Below, piece by piece: positions 44,631 to 56,705 of a stretch of 64,000 bases of DNA. Location of the stretch: the NCBI GenBank assembly GCA_001643675.2, contig LSRY02000038.1, positions 124,001 through 188,000 of the forward strand, in the 5' to 3' direction. The notes beneath the pieces were generated by a model. That model made no database searches. It was not told where the DNA came from and saw only the letters and a program-made list of their open reading frames with translations. Each line of letters opens with the position of its first letter. Position 1 is the stretch's first letter. The position numbers were made by a program, and so were the translations under genes. This DNA comes from Monocercomonoides exilis PA203 (Eukaryota > Protista > Preaxostyla).

Positions 44631-47600
44631 AGACAAAAATTTATCTTTTTCTTTTTCAGCAGAAGCAGAAGAGGAAATACAAATAGAATTTTCTGTTTGA
44701 AGAGAAGAAGGAGAAGTTGGAAGCTCCGAATAAACAGAAGAAGAAGAAGAAGAAGAAATGGAAAAAGAAGAAGAAGGAGAGGAAGAAGAAGAAGAAGAAG
44801 GAAGAGAAGAAGGGGAAGAAGAAGAATTCTCAATGAAGAATGAATGAGAATTACTTATTTCTGAGTTTATTGCTTTTTTCACATTTAAAATCGGTGCTTT
44901 AATTATATTTTGCGAAGAAGAAGAAGAATCTGAAGAATTTGAAGAAGAAAGAGGAGAAAGAGAAGAAGGAGAAAGAGAAGAAGAAAGTGAAATGTTCTCT
45001 TCTGTTTTCAGATAACTTAAAGAAACGTCAACTCCTTGTTTCTTGTAATAAATAACTTCTTCTTCCTCTTCCTCCTCCTCCTCATCTTTTTCATCTTTCT
45101 CTTCTTCTTCTACTTCTTCTTCTTCCTCCTCTTCCAATAACTTATTTACATTAATTTTCTTATTTCTTTCATCATCATCATCATCATTATCTTCTTCTTC
45201 TTCTTTCTCTTCTTTTTCCCCTTCAACAGAATCTAATGAATGTTGGGTCAATATAACACCTTTTTTCTTTCTCGTTTGACGAGGCGAAGATAATTCCATT
45301 GAAATAGATGGCTTATTATCTGAAGAAGAAGAAGAAGAAGAAGAAGAAGAAGAAGAAGAAGAAGAAATTGAGTCAAAGGAAGGCAAAGGAGAAGAAGCAA
45401 TATTTGATTGGCAGATAATGTCATCTGATGGAAGAAGAGAAGAAGAGGAAATTATTTCATTTGCAACAACTTTATCAATAGAATTAATTCCGCAATCGCT
45501 TAATTTGGAAGAGTGAAACATGACAGCCTGCTTCTGTTGGAATTTTGGTGCAAGAGGATTAAGTTCAGGAGTTTCTAATGAAGAAGAAGAAGAAGAAGAA
45601 ATAGAAGAAGAGGGAGAAGAAGAAGATGATGATGACACAGAAGATTCATATATACCATTATTATTATCTTTTTTATTACTATCAATTATTTGATGTGATA
45701 ATTCATCAATTAAAATATCTTCATTTTGCATCATTTCATCTTTCTCTTCTTTTTTCTCGATTTCCATTTTCTCTTCTTTTTCTTCTTCTTTTTCTTTTTC
45801 TTCCTCTTTCTCTTCTTTTAATTGTTCCTTTTCAATATGTTGTTCTTTTATCTCTTCTTTTCCTCCTCCTTTCTCTTCTTTATCTCTTTCTCTTTCTCCT
45901 TCTCCTTCTCCTTCTCTTTCTCTTTCTTCTTTATTTTCTTCTCTCACTTCGTCTTCTTCTTTATTTTCTTCTCTCACTTCGTCTTCTTCTTTAACTTGTT
46001 GTATTTGACAGCTATTTTCATTCAAATTCAGTTGAGCATTTAATACAGAAGGAGATGAAGAAGAGGAAGAGGAAGATGTTGATGATGACGATGAAGGAGA
46101 AGAAAAAATAGAAGGTATAAATGGAACAGAAGAAGAAAAAATAGAAGAAGAAGGCAATGCAGAAGACGAAGAATTTGAAGAAGAAATCGAAGAAATCGAA
46201 GAATTCAAAGAAAAAGCAGAAAATGAAACATTTGAGTCAATTTTGGGTGTTTGTGGGGTGTTTGGCGAGGCAGAAGAGAGAAAAGGGTCGGAAAGGGGAA
46301 TTTGGAGAAGGCGGTTTGCAAAAAGAGGAGAAGCGAAGGAATAAAAGGGATAAATAGATGAAGAAGAAGAAGAAGAAGATGATGATGATGATTGAGATGA
46401 TGGTATATTTATTGAATTTGCTGAAGAAATTGAAGAAGATAATGAATTTGAAGAAGAAGAAGAAGAAGACATATTCGAATATGAAAAAGAAGGAGAAGCC
46501 AATTGTTGGGACGAGTCAAAGGCAGAAAAGGATACGAAAGGGGGAATTTGCTGCTGAAGAAATTGAGTTTGGAGAGAAGGTGAAAGATTTGATTGAGGAC
46601 GGAACAATTGAGAAGAAGAAGAAAGAGAAGAAGAAGAAGAAGAGGAGGAGGAGGAGGAAGAGGAGGAGGAGGAAGAAGATAAAGGAGGAAAAACATAAGA
46701 AGAAGAAGGCAAAGATGAAGAAGAAGGAGGAGTTATTGTGGTTGTATAAGAAGAAGGCGAAGGAGAAAAAGCGAGGGTCAAATGAGAAGGAGGAGGAGAA
46801 ACAAGAGAAAGTTGCATATCAGAAATAGAATTAAGGGAAGGATAAACAGAAGAAGAAGAAGAAGAAGAAGAAGAAGAGGAAGAGGAGGAAGAGGAAGAAG
46901 ATAAAGATAATGATGATGAAGAGGGGGGAGGAGGAGGAGGAAGGAGAGATTCATAAGCAGAAGTAATGGGAGAAGGGAATGAAGAAGAAGAAGAAGAAGA
47001 TGATGATGATGATGATGATGGAGTTGAAGATGATGAGCCAGAAGAAGTCAATGAAAACAAAACAGAAGAAGATTGTGAAGGAGAAGGAGAAGAAAGAGAA
47101 GAAGAAGAAGAATTAAAACAAGAAGGCGGCGGAGGAGGAGGAAGAAGCTGACTCATATTCATTGATTGTTGTTGCATTTGTGATTGCATTTGCTGTTGTT
47201 GCTGAGCACAAAGCGAATAAACCGCTGCCAATTGCATTTCTTGCGGGAAGGCGAATGAGTCAGAGAGGAGGGAATAAATCGACTGAGGAGTTGAATGGGG
47301 TGTTAAGGCAAGTGTTTGAGAAGGATCGGGAAAGAGAAGATGAGATTGAGGCAATTGTTGAGGCAATTGTTGAGGTAATTGTGGTTGAAATTGATCAGAA
47401 GGAAGGAAAGAAGAAATAGAAGAGGAGGAAGAAGAAGAAGAGGAGGAGGAAGGAGGAATAGAAGATGGAGTTAGCAGAGGAAGAGAAGCAGTCGAAGATG
47501 AGATAGGAGCTAAGGCAGTGACAGAAGCAGAAGCATAAGAAGGAGAAAGAGAAAGAGAAAGAGAAGAAGCAGAAGCAGAAGTCGAAGAAGGGGAAGGAGA

Positions 47601-48825
47601 AGGAGAAGGGAAATTCGATGAAGGCAAAGGAGATGATGAAGAAGATGGCATTGGAGAAGCAATAGAAGCAGGGGGCATAGCTATTTGTGTTGGAGAAGGG
47701 GCGGATGCAAGTGCAACATTGGGATTGATAGCAACAGGAGAAGAAGAAGATGATGATGATGAAGAAGCAAATAAAAGTGAAGACGTTGAAGACGAAGAAT
47801 GAAGCATTTGTTTGTGCTCTGCAATGTCTGAAGGAGATAAAATCAAAGGTGTCGTATGCAACTTCTGCACAATCTGCACAGGCCGAGCTGTGGGAGACAG
47901 ACGAACAGCGGATTTTTCTTCGAGTTGACTTGGTGATTGGCTTTGGGTTAGATCAGCATCCAGCAATGCATCGCTTTCTGGGTATGTGTCTGCCTCTTGT
48001 TCTTGCTCTTCCTCTTGTTCCTGCTCATCTTCATCTTCATGACCATTCGTGAGCTTATGTTCTTTTCCTTGTTCTTTCTTCACTTTTGCAACTATCTCTG
48101 CTTCTGCTTCTGTCTCTGCTTCTGCGTTGTTTGAAAGAGGGATTTGCTTTGACACGCGAATCGGAGATTCCATCGTGTGAATAAACCGACATCTGTTTCC
48201 TGAACAATTGAATGAATGTGTGAGTGAAAGAGTAGGTGAAGGAAAAAATGTTACGGAATAGCAAATTACAAGAAAAAAGTGAAAGGGACAAACCATATGG
48301 GCATGTTCCTGTTGTGAAAAATGCCTGGCATATCTGGGTTTTGTATTTCGGGTGTCTGAGAACAGGGCGCAGCTCATCAACGCCATGCGCAAACCGACAT
48401 TTTTTCCCATATCTGCAAAAACCAGTTTGAGTATATGACCTGCACAATTCAGTTTTATACAAATCCTTTATATGGCATCATTCAGGAAATGATTTGTAAA
48501 TTTTTAAGATGTTATCAAAATCCAAATATGATAAAAATTTTTGAAATGCTCAAACTTGGTTTGCCAGTTGTTCTTCAACTGTCAGATGACTAACTATTTT
48601 TTGCTCACTTGCAGTGAGCTGCACTCCTTCTGGAATTTGTTCAGAATTGGAACATTTCCAAAGTTGAAAAAAATGAACAGTCTTTGGCTTTGAAGGCGTA
48701 GCTAAAGACGTCTTTGTTTGTGATATCTTTGATGAAGATTGTTCATGTGTATTAGCTGGAGTCACATTGGAGATGTTTTCGCGTTTTGAAGAATTTTGTG
48801 GTTGATATACAAAAGGATCGTTCAT
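42000..48825 (-). CDS. TIS11/tristetraprolin-like tandem CCCH zinc-finger protein with a very large Ser/Pro-rich tail (multi-exon; 3' exons approximate)
   Basis: Exon 48465-48294 plus the exon starting at 48199 give [27 protein letters not shown]...[22 protein letters not shown]|NRCRFIH. First exon 48825-48556; further Ser-rich exons at ~43195-42580 and ~42365-42000. Confidence 0.85.
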
Positions 48826-49217
48826 AAAAACAACAGGTCAATAATCAAATAACAACTAAAGGAAGAATGAAAAATGTTCGTGTTGTAGAAGAACAGCTTC
48901 GTAATTCCGTTTCTTCCTTCGTAAAAAAATTTATTGTCCCAGACTTTTTGATTTGAAACGATTTATCATGTCAATATTAAAGTTTTTCACTTCGAGCTAA
49001 TACCTCTACGCAACACGTATTTAATAAATGTGAATCGATTCGCATCACAATTTTGTGGTTCCGCTTGCTCATTAGTTCGCAAAAGCATTAAATTCACGAT
49101 TGATGAACAAATATTTTTGAATGTGGTTAGATCAAAATTGTGGAAAAAAAACACTTTTTGAAAAGATTTGATAATCAAAAAATGAGCTTTGAAGAAAAGA
49201 CGCAAGTCACTGTTGAA

Positions 49218-50194
49218 ATGAACTCGCAAAGCCAAAACTATATCAGGCCAACAAAAGTCCTTAAAGTCGAAGGTTGAAAATATCTTTTACTAATTAGTAA
49301 TTATTGTTTTTTTTTTATGCTTTAGTTCCACCTGATTGGTGTTTGTTTGGATCTCTGTTGACTTTTATTGGAGCTATTATAGTGGCTATTATTATTATAA
49401 TGATTGTGAGCATTGGATGGATTGGAGCAGTTGTTAGTATTTTTTTTCTTTATTGAATTTCCGAAGATAATTTTCGAATTTTCTTGAAGATTTCAATAGC
49501 ACCTCTTATATTCTTCATGATCTATTTAGTATGTGCAATATTGAACTGTTAAAGCATAATTCATTCCTTTTTGGATATTAGTTATCTTGCGGAGCTGGAA
49601 TGATAAGAACTAAAATAACGCTTGATCCAATTGAGGACAGAATTTGCATTAATCACATTCCGTCGTGCATTGCCAAGGTTGCTTGTCAGCATGAAAAGAA
49701 AATTGAAAGATCATTGCGTGAGATCGTTGGAGTTGAGGAGAAAACATTAATAAATTATCGAAGATACCAAACCAAAGGAGCAAAGCAATTCAATTATAAT
49801 AGATCTTTTATTTGCTTTTTGGAAGATGGAACTGTAATTGACAGTGATTGCAGCTTGCAAGATGATGACAAAAAAGAATGCATTAACTTCATTACTAATT
49901 ATGTTGGAGCAACTCGAGGTACAGTCCTAAGTCCATCATCTGCACCAGTTATGGTTTGACCGCTTTATAATACATTTATTTTAACATTATGAATTCTTCA
50001 TCATTTACTCTATATTCTATTGTGTATGAATTACTTCCATTCTTTTTTAGTCGCTTGCTGCTCTGCAACAGAACAGTGCAATGTCTGTGATGTGTGCTAC
50101 TTCTTATCCAGCAGAACCTCCAAATCCAGAAATCAGCATTGCTGCACCTCCAAATGCTGATTTTGCACTTCCATCTTCTGATGTGAAAGAATAG
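49218..50194 (+). CDS. hypothetical small membrane protein (about 5 exons, two N-terminal hydrophobic segments)
   Basis: MNSQSQNYIRPTKVLKVE | VPPDWCLFGSLLTFIGAIIVAIIIIMIVSIGWIGA | ISIAPLIFFMIYL | LSCGAGMIRTKITLDP...SAPVM | SLAALQQ...DVKE*, with short GT..AG introns. Confidence 0.55.
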
Positions 50195-51226
50195 AATCTT
50201 TCGTTATAATTTTTTTTTTGAATTTAAACTTTTGTTTGCAATCATTTTTTTTTTCATTTGTTTAAATTTTCAACTTATATTTTCTGTTCTTAGACACCTT
50301 ATGTTTCTTCTTTCGTGTTCATGCTAGACTTCTTAGATTTATTTCTTGTTTTATTGTTTTTTTTGTGTTGTGCGACTCATTTCACAGAAAATTTATATTT
50401 CTTGTTTTTTGGTTTTTCATTTAAGGTCTTATGCTTGTATGAAAGTTTTTTTTTCAAAACTTTTCGTTGAAGTTTAATTTTTTTTTATATATAATTTTGG
50501 TTTTCAAATTCGTTTTCGAATAGTTTTTTACCAATTATTTTTCGTTTTAAACATCATGCATATCCTTTTTTAAAGAAAATGAAAAGTATTTATGTTGTTT
50601 AATAAGAAATGTGAATCTCAATTTTCAACGTGCATATGTTTTTTTATATTTCAAATTCATAATTCTTTTTTTTTTAAATTTTCAAGCTATAAATAATCAA
50701 AATTCTAATTCTATTGTAGAAAAAAAGTCAATAATTTACTTTTATCAGCATAGTTTTTTGTATAATATGATTGAAACATTTGGGGCGAGATTTTTTCTTT
50801 TATGAAAAAAACCGAGTTTTGTTCCAAACTTTTTCTCCATCATCTCATTACAAGTCAAACATACCAGTTCATAATAATGAAAAAAAATATTTAAAAAAAT
50901 AAAGTGGAAAAAAATTCAAAACGTATAAAATTTTATCCCATATTCGCTCACCGTCTCTCATTTCAACAAGGAATATTTTTGTTCCTTCAAATCTGATGAT
51001 CTGAATGTCCATTACTGCAAACAAGAAAAAAGATTTATAGCTTTTTCTTTCTTTCTTTGCAACACCTTGTCAAATAATACTAACAACGCAGAATGGTATA
51101 ACAACTTATGCTTTCATGGTTGCTTTAAGTTAATATTTTGCACCGATTTCTTCTTTCCAATGATATCTGAATTCAAATCAAATGACGAATTTTCGTTGTT
51201 TTCTGTCTGCAATGTACTTTCAAAAA

Positions 51227-52651
51227 TGCAGTCAACGAGTAGAATCAAAAGGTTTAATGGTTTGTGCTCATTATTGGATTTGAATTCATGATTATTGCGA
51301 TTTGATTTATTCATTAATTATTTGAAGAATTGCTTTGTGAACTTGAACATTGCAGTGAAGATGAACAAAGAAAGAAAATCGGAGAGATGAATGAAATAAT
51401 TGATGGAATGAACGAAGAAGAATTCGAATCTGTTTTCACAGAAGAACCATTCAACAAAATAGAAAAAATGATTGAAAAAAAGAAAATTCCAATGGAAAAT
51501 GCAATTTTGCTGCTGATGCACATTGGATATTACGCAACATTGAAATGAATTGAAGTTTCTGACTTTGAAAGATCTTTGCTGAAAGAAAGATTTGAAAAGA
51601 TGATAATATATAAAGAAAAGAAAAAAGAAGAAGAAAACAAAAGGTTTTTGATTGATCTTTGCGAATGCTATCTTTTGTTGAACAGATGGGCTTCTTCGGA
51701 GTTGATATTTATTAGGGTGCCTTGCCTTCTGAAAGTTGCATTGCACAGAGAGGAAAGCGAGGAGTACAAAAAGAGGTGGAAATGGCTTTGCTTGCTTTAA
51801 GTAACATTAGCACAGGTTATGTATGTTCACTTCCATTTCCTTTTTGACGTTATTGAATTATTTTTTCCTCCTTTTTTGCATAGGAAATGAAAAGAGAACT
51901 GTATTTAAATGAAATCAGAGAGATCATCGAATATCATCAGAAGCATCACAACCTAGCATCACTTGCTTATCAGTCTGCTTGGAGTTTTTTGATGAACCGG
52001 TTTTGGGATGGCAATGGCTTGGAGGGAGAGATTGTGAATGTAATGCATTTTGCGAGAGAAGCAGCAAGAGAATTGGAAGAGCTAGCAAGATGCATTGACT
52101 GGAAGAGAGAAAAAGAAGAGGAAATGGGAAAAGAAATGAAAGAAGAGCTTGTGTTGATGAGATGGTTCAATGAAATTTTGGTGTTTTATTTTAGATGTTG
52201 TCGATTGAAGAACGAAGAATTTGCTGGACTTATTGGTGGAATTGCTTGTGTGTTAAGTGCAGCAAAAGTGAATAATGGAGTAATTAGTAATCAATGCGTT
52301 TTTGCATTTGTAGAGGCAGCAGAAAATAGAACTGTGAACGTTGAAGGGTTTCTAAAAGGCGGAGCTGTTGATGCTGTTTTGGAGGGGATTCAGCGAAGAA
52401 CAGTGGGTGATGGAATGTTATTTGATTGCTTGCAATTCTTTGCGAATGTTTCGGAAAGATTGAAAGAAAAGACGGAAAATGAAATGGAAGAAGTTAAAAG
52501 AAAGGCAATAAAAAGGAAGGTTTTTGATAAGATGGAGGAAGAAGGATACGAAGATGTCATCACCAGCTTTCAAGAAATATTTTATTTTTTTGAAGAAAAT
52601 TTCGATAGTGATATATCGATGAACATTTCAGATTATTTTGTGAATATTTAA
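51227..52651 (+). pseudogene. member of an expanded lineage-specific helical (ARM-like) protein family; disrupted
   Basis: Family motifs LCELEHCSEDEQRKKIGEMNEII, VEMALLALSNI and KVFDKMEEEGYEDVI. In-frame TGA at 51546-51548 and a frameshift near 51765-51775. Intron gtatgt..atag at ~51821-51883. Confidence 0.7.
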
Positions 52652-52803
52652 GGAAATGAGATGCTTCACATTTTGTTTTACAGAATTTGACTTTCGCTTC
52701 ATTTATTCATTTCACAAAATGGTACGAAAATTTATTTTTTCAAATTTGCTTAAAGTGATTTGTTATCCAGATTCATCAAAATGAAGTGAAGAAATAACAA
52801 CAA

Positions 52804-52860
<57 letters not shown>

Positions 52861-53949
52861 GAATTTAATTTAAAAAATAATTTTTATTATAAATCTGCAA
52901 GTTCCAAGTATATGGACTATCGATAAAAAATATTTCTGATATCGTACACGAAAGAAAATGTCACAATAATAAATTGAAAAAAAAATTTTTTTTTTTTTGT
53001 CGAAAATGCATTGAATGGAACTAACAAATTTTTATTTGATCTATCCCATAAATATTTTCAATCAATATTGATTTCATTCATATCTCAAAATGAAAGGTTT
53101 GGAGCTTCATATTCTTAAGTGAAGGAATTAAATGGGCAATTATTTATGAAATCATATCTTTTTTCGGGGTGTTAATTTTCGAAGGTTGTTTGTTTTTTGA
53201 TAGAAGTTTTTTATCCAAAAGAGAAGAAGCATGATAATTGCTTTTAAAAACCAATGTCTTCACCTTATGAAAGATAAGAATGTCTTCAATAAGCCTTTTC
53301 ACTTTTCAACGTTCATATGAAAATATTCAAGATAAGTTTTTGAACCGAAAATTGTGTATGAAAAAATTTGATTTCAAAAATAAACACCCAAATCTATAAA
53401 ATATATATATATGCTTCATACTGTTTCATTTATTTCTGCAACATCATTTATGAATGTTATCATTAAAATCAAATAAAATCTTCATGTTTTTGTTCAATTT
53501 GATTTCTTTCTCAACCGAAAAATTAGGATATGAATTGCTAAATTTGCGAGCCTCATTTTTCAAACTGTTATTGATAAAATGTCAGATCAATTGACTGGAT
53601 ATTCAGAATATGAATTTTGTTGTATTGTTTTTGCAAAATGTGTTTGACAGGAAAGCAATGTGAATTCCATGTTCAATATTAATAACTGGCATGTTTTGAT
53701 TTTATCCTAGTGTGATGATTCAGTCAGTTCTTTTTGCAGTTAAATGTCTTTAAAGTTCTCTTACAAATTTTTCGAAACAGCACATGAATTTTCCTAAATA
53801 TGTGACAACTATAAATGAAATAACTTTCTTTGATCACACAAATTCTTTATAATTTGGCTCGTTGTGAGATGTCGCACAACTACATGAGCTTTAACACGGA
53901 TCTGTTTTTTTTTTTTCAATTCTTTATTGACTTAATCTTTTTATTCAGT

Positions 53950-54945
53950 TCCCAATATGCGCTCTAGCTTTTGGATCACAATTAGCAGCACCAAATCAAA
54001 TGGATTGCTGTTCAGATGGAAGGCACTGAAGATCTTGTTCACTCTGTTGAAGATATTCTCGTTGAAGAATATGTCAAACATTGTTTCGTTTATTAGCCAT
54101 GAAATCAAACTTTAGGCATTTTAAAAAAATACCTTTTAATATGCTTAATTGAAAAAAACCAGACAAGTCGAAATTCGATTGGTCATCCTTTCACAATATT
54201 GGTAAACGACACATCTGAAGAGAGCACATCATCGAAGCAGTGCAATGTTATTATGCGTATATTTCTTTCATATTTTGATCAAATTCAATGATCCACAGAA
54301 CTTCTCTGTTTTGAAAATTTTTCTCCTTTTTTACGGAAGCCTCCTTCTGTTCCAAGTTCAATTTTTAATCCTCCGCCTTCCACTCTCAACGCAGATGTCA
54401 ATTCATCCATAGATCAGTTCGCAATCGACAGATGTGTCTCAAGCTGAACAGACCCAAACGAAGGCTTCTCATCATACTCGCTCACATGAAGAGAAGTGAA
54501 TTCACAGTTCTTGAAGCTTATTTCTGCTGGCTGAGATTCTTGATTGGCTGAAGAGGAATAATCATTTTTTGCTTCTGGTGTTGAAGGAATCAGATCGAAA
54601 AGCGAGCAAGTTGAAAATGATAGACGTGTGAAGCTTTCTCTCTCGAATGAAGCTTGGACTGTTAGCGAAATCACAAAAGGCCAAGCAGAAAATGAGGTAC
54701 AATCAGCATGGCAACGAGAAAGCTGCACAACTCCACCCAAAACGCTTATCAAATGCACGCAACATGAAACATCTTGCGATTCTGTAGAAGTTGAATGAAA
54801 GAGCACGATGAAAGTTGGATGTTTCCTGTTTTTGTTGAGGAGGAAAACAACGAAGCACCTTTGTGTGTTTTTATCGCAAAAGCAGATGGAATATGAAAAT
54901 CGATCGAAGAAAACAAAAGAACAGCTGTTGAATCTCCCTCTTTTT
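53950..54945 (-). pseudogene. fragment of a surface-protein family gene inside the inverted-repeat element
   Basis: DSTAVLLFSSIDFHIPSAF...; the ORF MLFHSTSTESQDVSCCVHLISVLGGVVQLSRC resembles LIHSTSS..YCLIKADGGSV in the 12721 ORF. No start, no TM, broken frame. Confidence 0.6.
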
Positions 54946-55003
54946 CATAATTGTATTTAGATTTTTTATCAAAAAAAAAAGGAAATAATTTAACCTATAA
55001 ATA

Positions 55004-55453
55004 CAGTCGAAACCGGATATAATCACATCGGTTTTTGCACAACTTTTTGTGACTATATCCGATTGTGATTATACACGATGATGCTTTACACAGAAGAAAA
55101 AAAAAATTAATTTTAGAAATAATTTATTTTGGGTAAATTTTTCCATTTTTTATAATCCTTCACAACCACACATTTTTCAATCGAAATAACAATTTTTTAT
55201 GTTTTATTATGTAATTTAAACTTATTTAAACATTATTTCGTGAAATCAAAAAAATGAGATTTTTGATCAAAAAGTCAAATTTTCAATGAAAAATCCACCC
55301 ATAATGAAACAAAATGTGATTATATATATACAGCCCTGTGATTATATGCGATGAAAAATGAATGAAAAGCAAGCAAAAAATGTCGGTGCATCGAGAAATG
55401 TGACAATAATCGAATGTGATTATATTCGACGTGATTATATCCGGTTTAGACTG
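55004..55453 (+). mobile_element. pogo/Tigger-like (Tc1/mariner superfamily) MITE, 450 bp, TA TSD
   Basis: TA|CAGTCGAAACCGGATATAATCAC ... GTGATTATATCCGGTTTAGACTG|TA, with subterminal repeats of tgtgattata. Confidence 0.9.
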
Positions 55454-56705
55454 TATATGAGGATTTGATTAATATTCTTATCAAAATAAACGTGAGCTTT
55501 GATATAATCAAATAATTTAATGGAACAAATTGATATTGCATTTTTCATTTCAATAAATTATTGAATTCACACAAACATGTGCGCTTTTGTAGATTGATAA
55601 TTTTTTTTAAAAATTATGAAGTTTGTGATAATTTTTGTACTTGAAATAACCTGTGCAAAAGCAAAAACTCAATTGTGCTTCATTCGTTTTAAAAATCGTA
55701 GAAAATAATAAACATATAACGTTTTTGTAATTTTCTAATTATGAACACAAGACAAATAAGCATGTGAAAATACAAAACATGAAGGTTAATTAAAAAATCA
55801 AATAATTTTAAACAAGGATTGATTGAAAATATATATGGGATAGATCAAATAAAAATTTGTTAGTTCCATTCAATGCATTTTCGACAAAAAAAAAAAATTT
55901 TTTTTTCAATTTATTATTGTGACATTTTCTTTCGTGTACGATATCAGAAATATTTTTTATCGATAGTCCATACACTTGGAACTTTCCAAAAATAATAATG
56001 TCAAATAATAAAACTCACATGATACACATAATTTAGATGCAAATGATTGCTCTTTTTTTGATTCACGCTCAATTTTCAATCAAGTTGATAATCACTCAAG
56101 TAATTGTTTATTATTTAAGAATAATGAATTATAAATACCATAAAAAATAGTGCTATAAAAAATGTTAGAAAAACATACGATGAAAGCAACGTCTTCTTCA
56201 CATATCAATGAAAATATGAACTGTTAATGAAAAAACTATTTCCCTTTAAATTAAATTGCGATAAAAGCTATTTTGGTTTGAGGAAAAGAACAAAAATAAA
56301 GAAATGTGTTTCACTTGCAATAAATAAATAAATAAATGGAGCATAATCGTTTTTGAATGTATTTTTATTATTGACATTTAAAACTATAACGGGAAGATCA
56401 TTAATTTTTCAAAAAGATTGTGCCATATTGTTTATTTTTCTTTAAGCATTCTCATTATTCAGTGCATTCGAACTGATAAAAAGGATCATAAAAATTTTTG
56501 TTGAGGGATTAATTGGAACAAACGTGGTCATTCTGAAATAATTTTTTTAAATTCGCATTAACTGGTGTCATCTGGAATAAACTCTTATTATTCGAATTGC
56601 AATTTTTATTTTAATAAAATTTTCTTATTCCAATTCCATCTTTTTTATATTTTTTTGTTAGCTTTTCTTTTTGTGATATATAATTTTTTCCATTTCCTGG
56701 AAAAA

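Larger units (their letters stand above)
52899..55984. mobile_element. ~3.1-kb segment bounded by ~168-bp near-identical inverted repeats (52899-53066 / 55818-55984); candidate non-autonomous TIR element
   Basis: aagttccaagtatatggactatcgataaaaaatatttctgatatcgtacacg...gatctatcccataaatattttcaatcaat is mirrored with only a few differences. No transposase inside and no clear TSD. Confidence 0.6.

Noticed and set aside
51546-51548. In-frame TGA as selenocysteine or a non-standard genetic code
   Set aside because: The same gene also has a frameshift, and intact genes here end normally in TAA, TAG or TGA.
52805-52858. Long poly-A after the 51227 pseudogene as a retrocopy tail (similar tracts at 24847-24888 and 40797-40858)
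   Set aside because: The gene retains introns, no TSD is evident, and long homopolymers recur elsewhere in the window.
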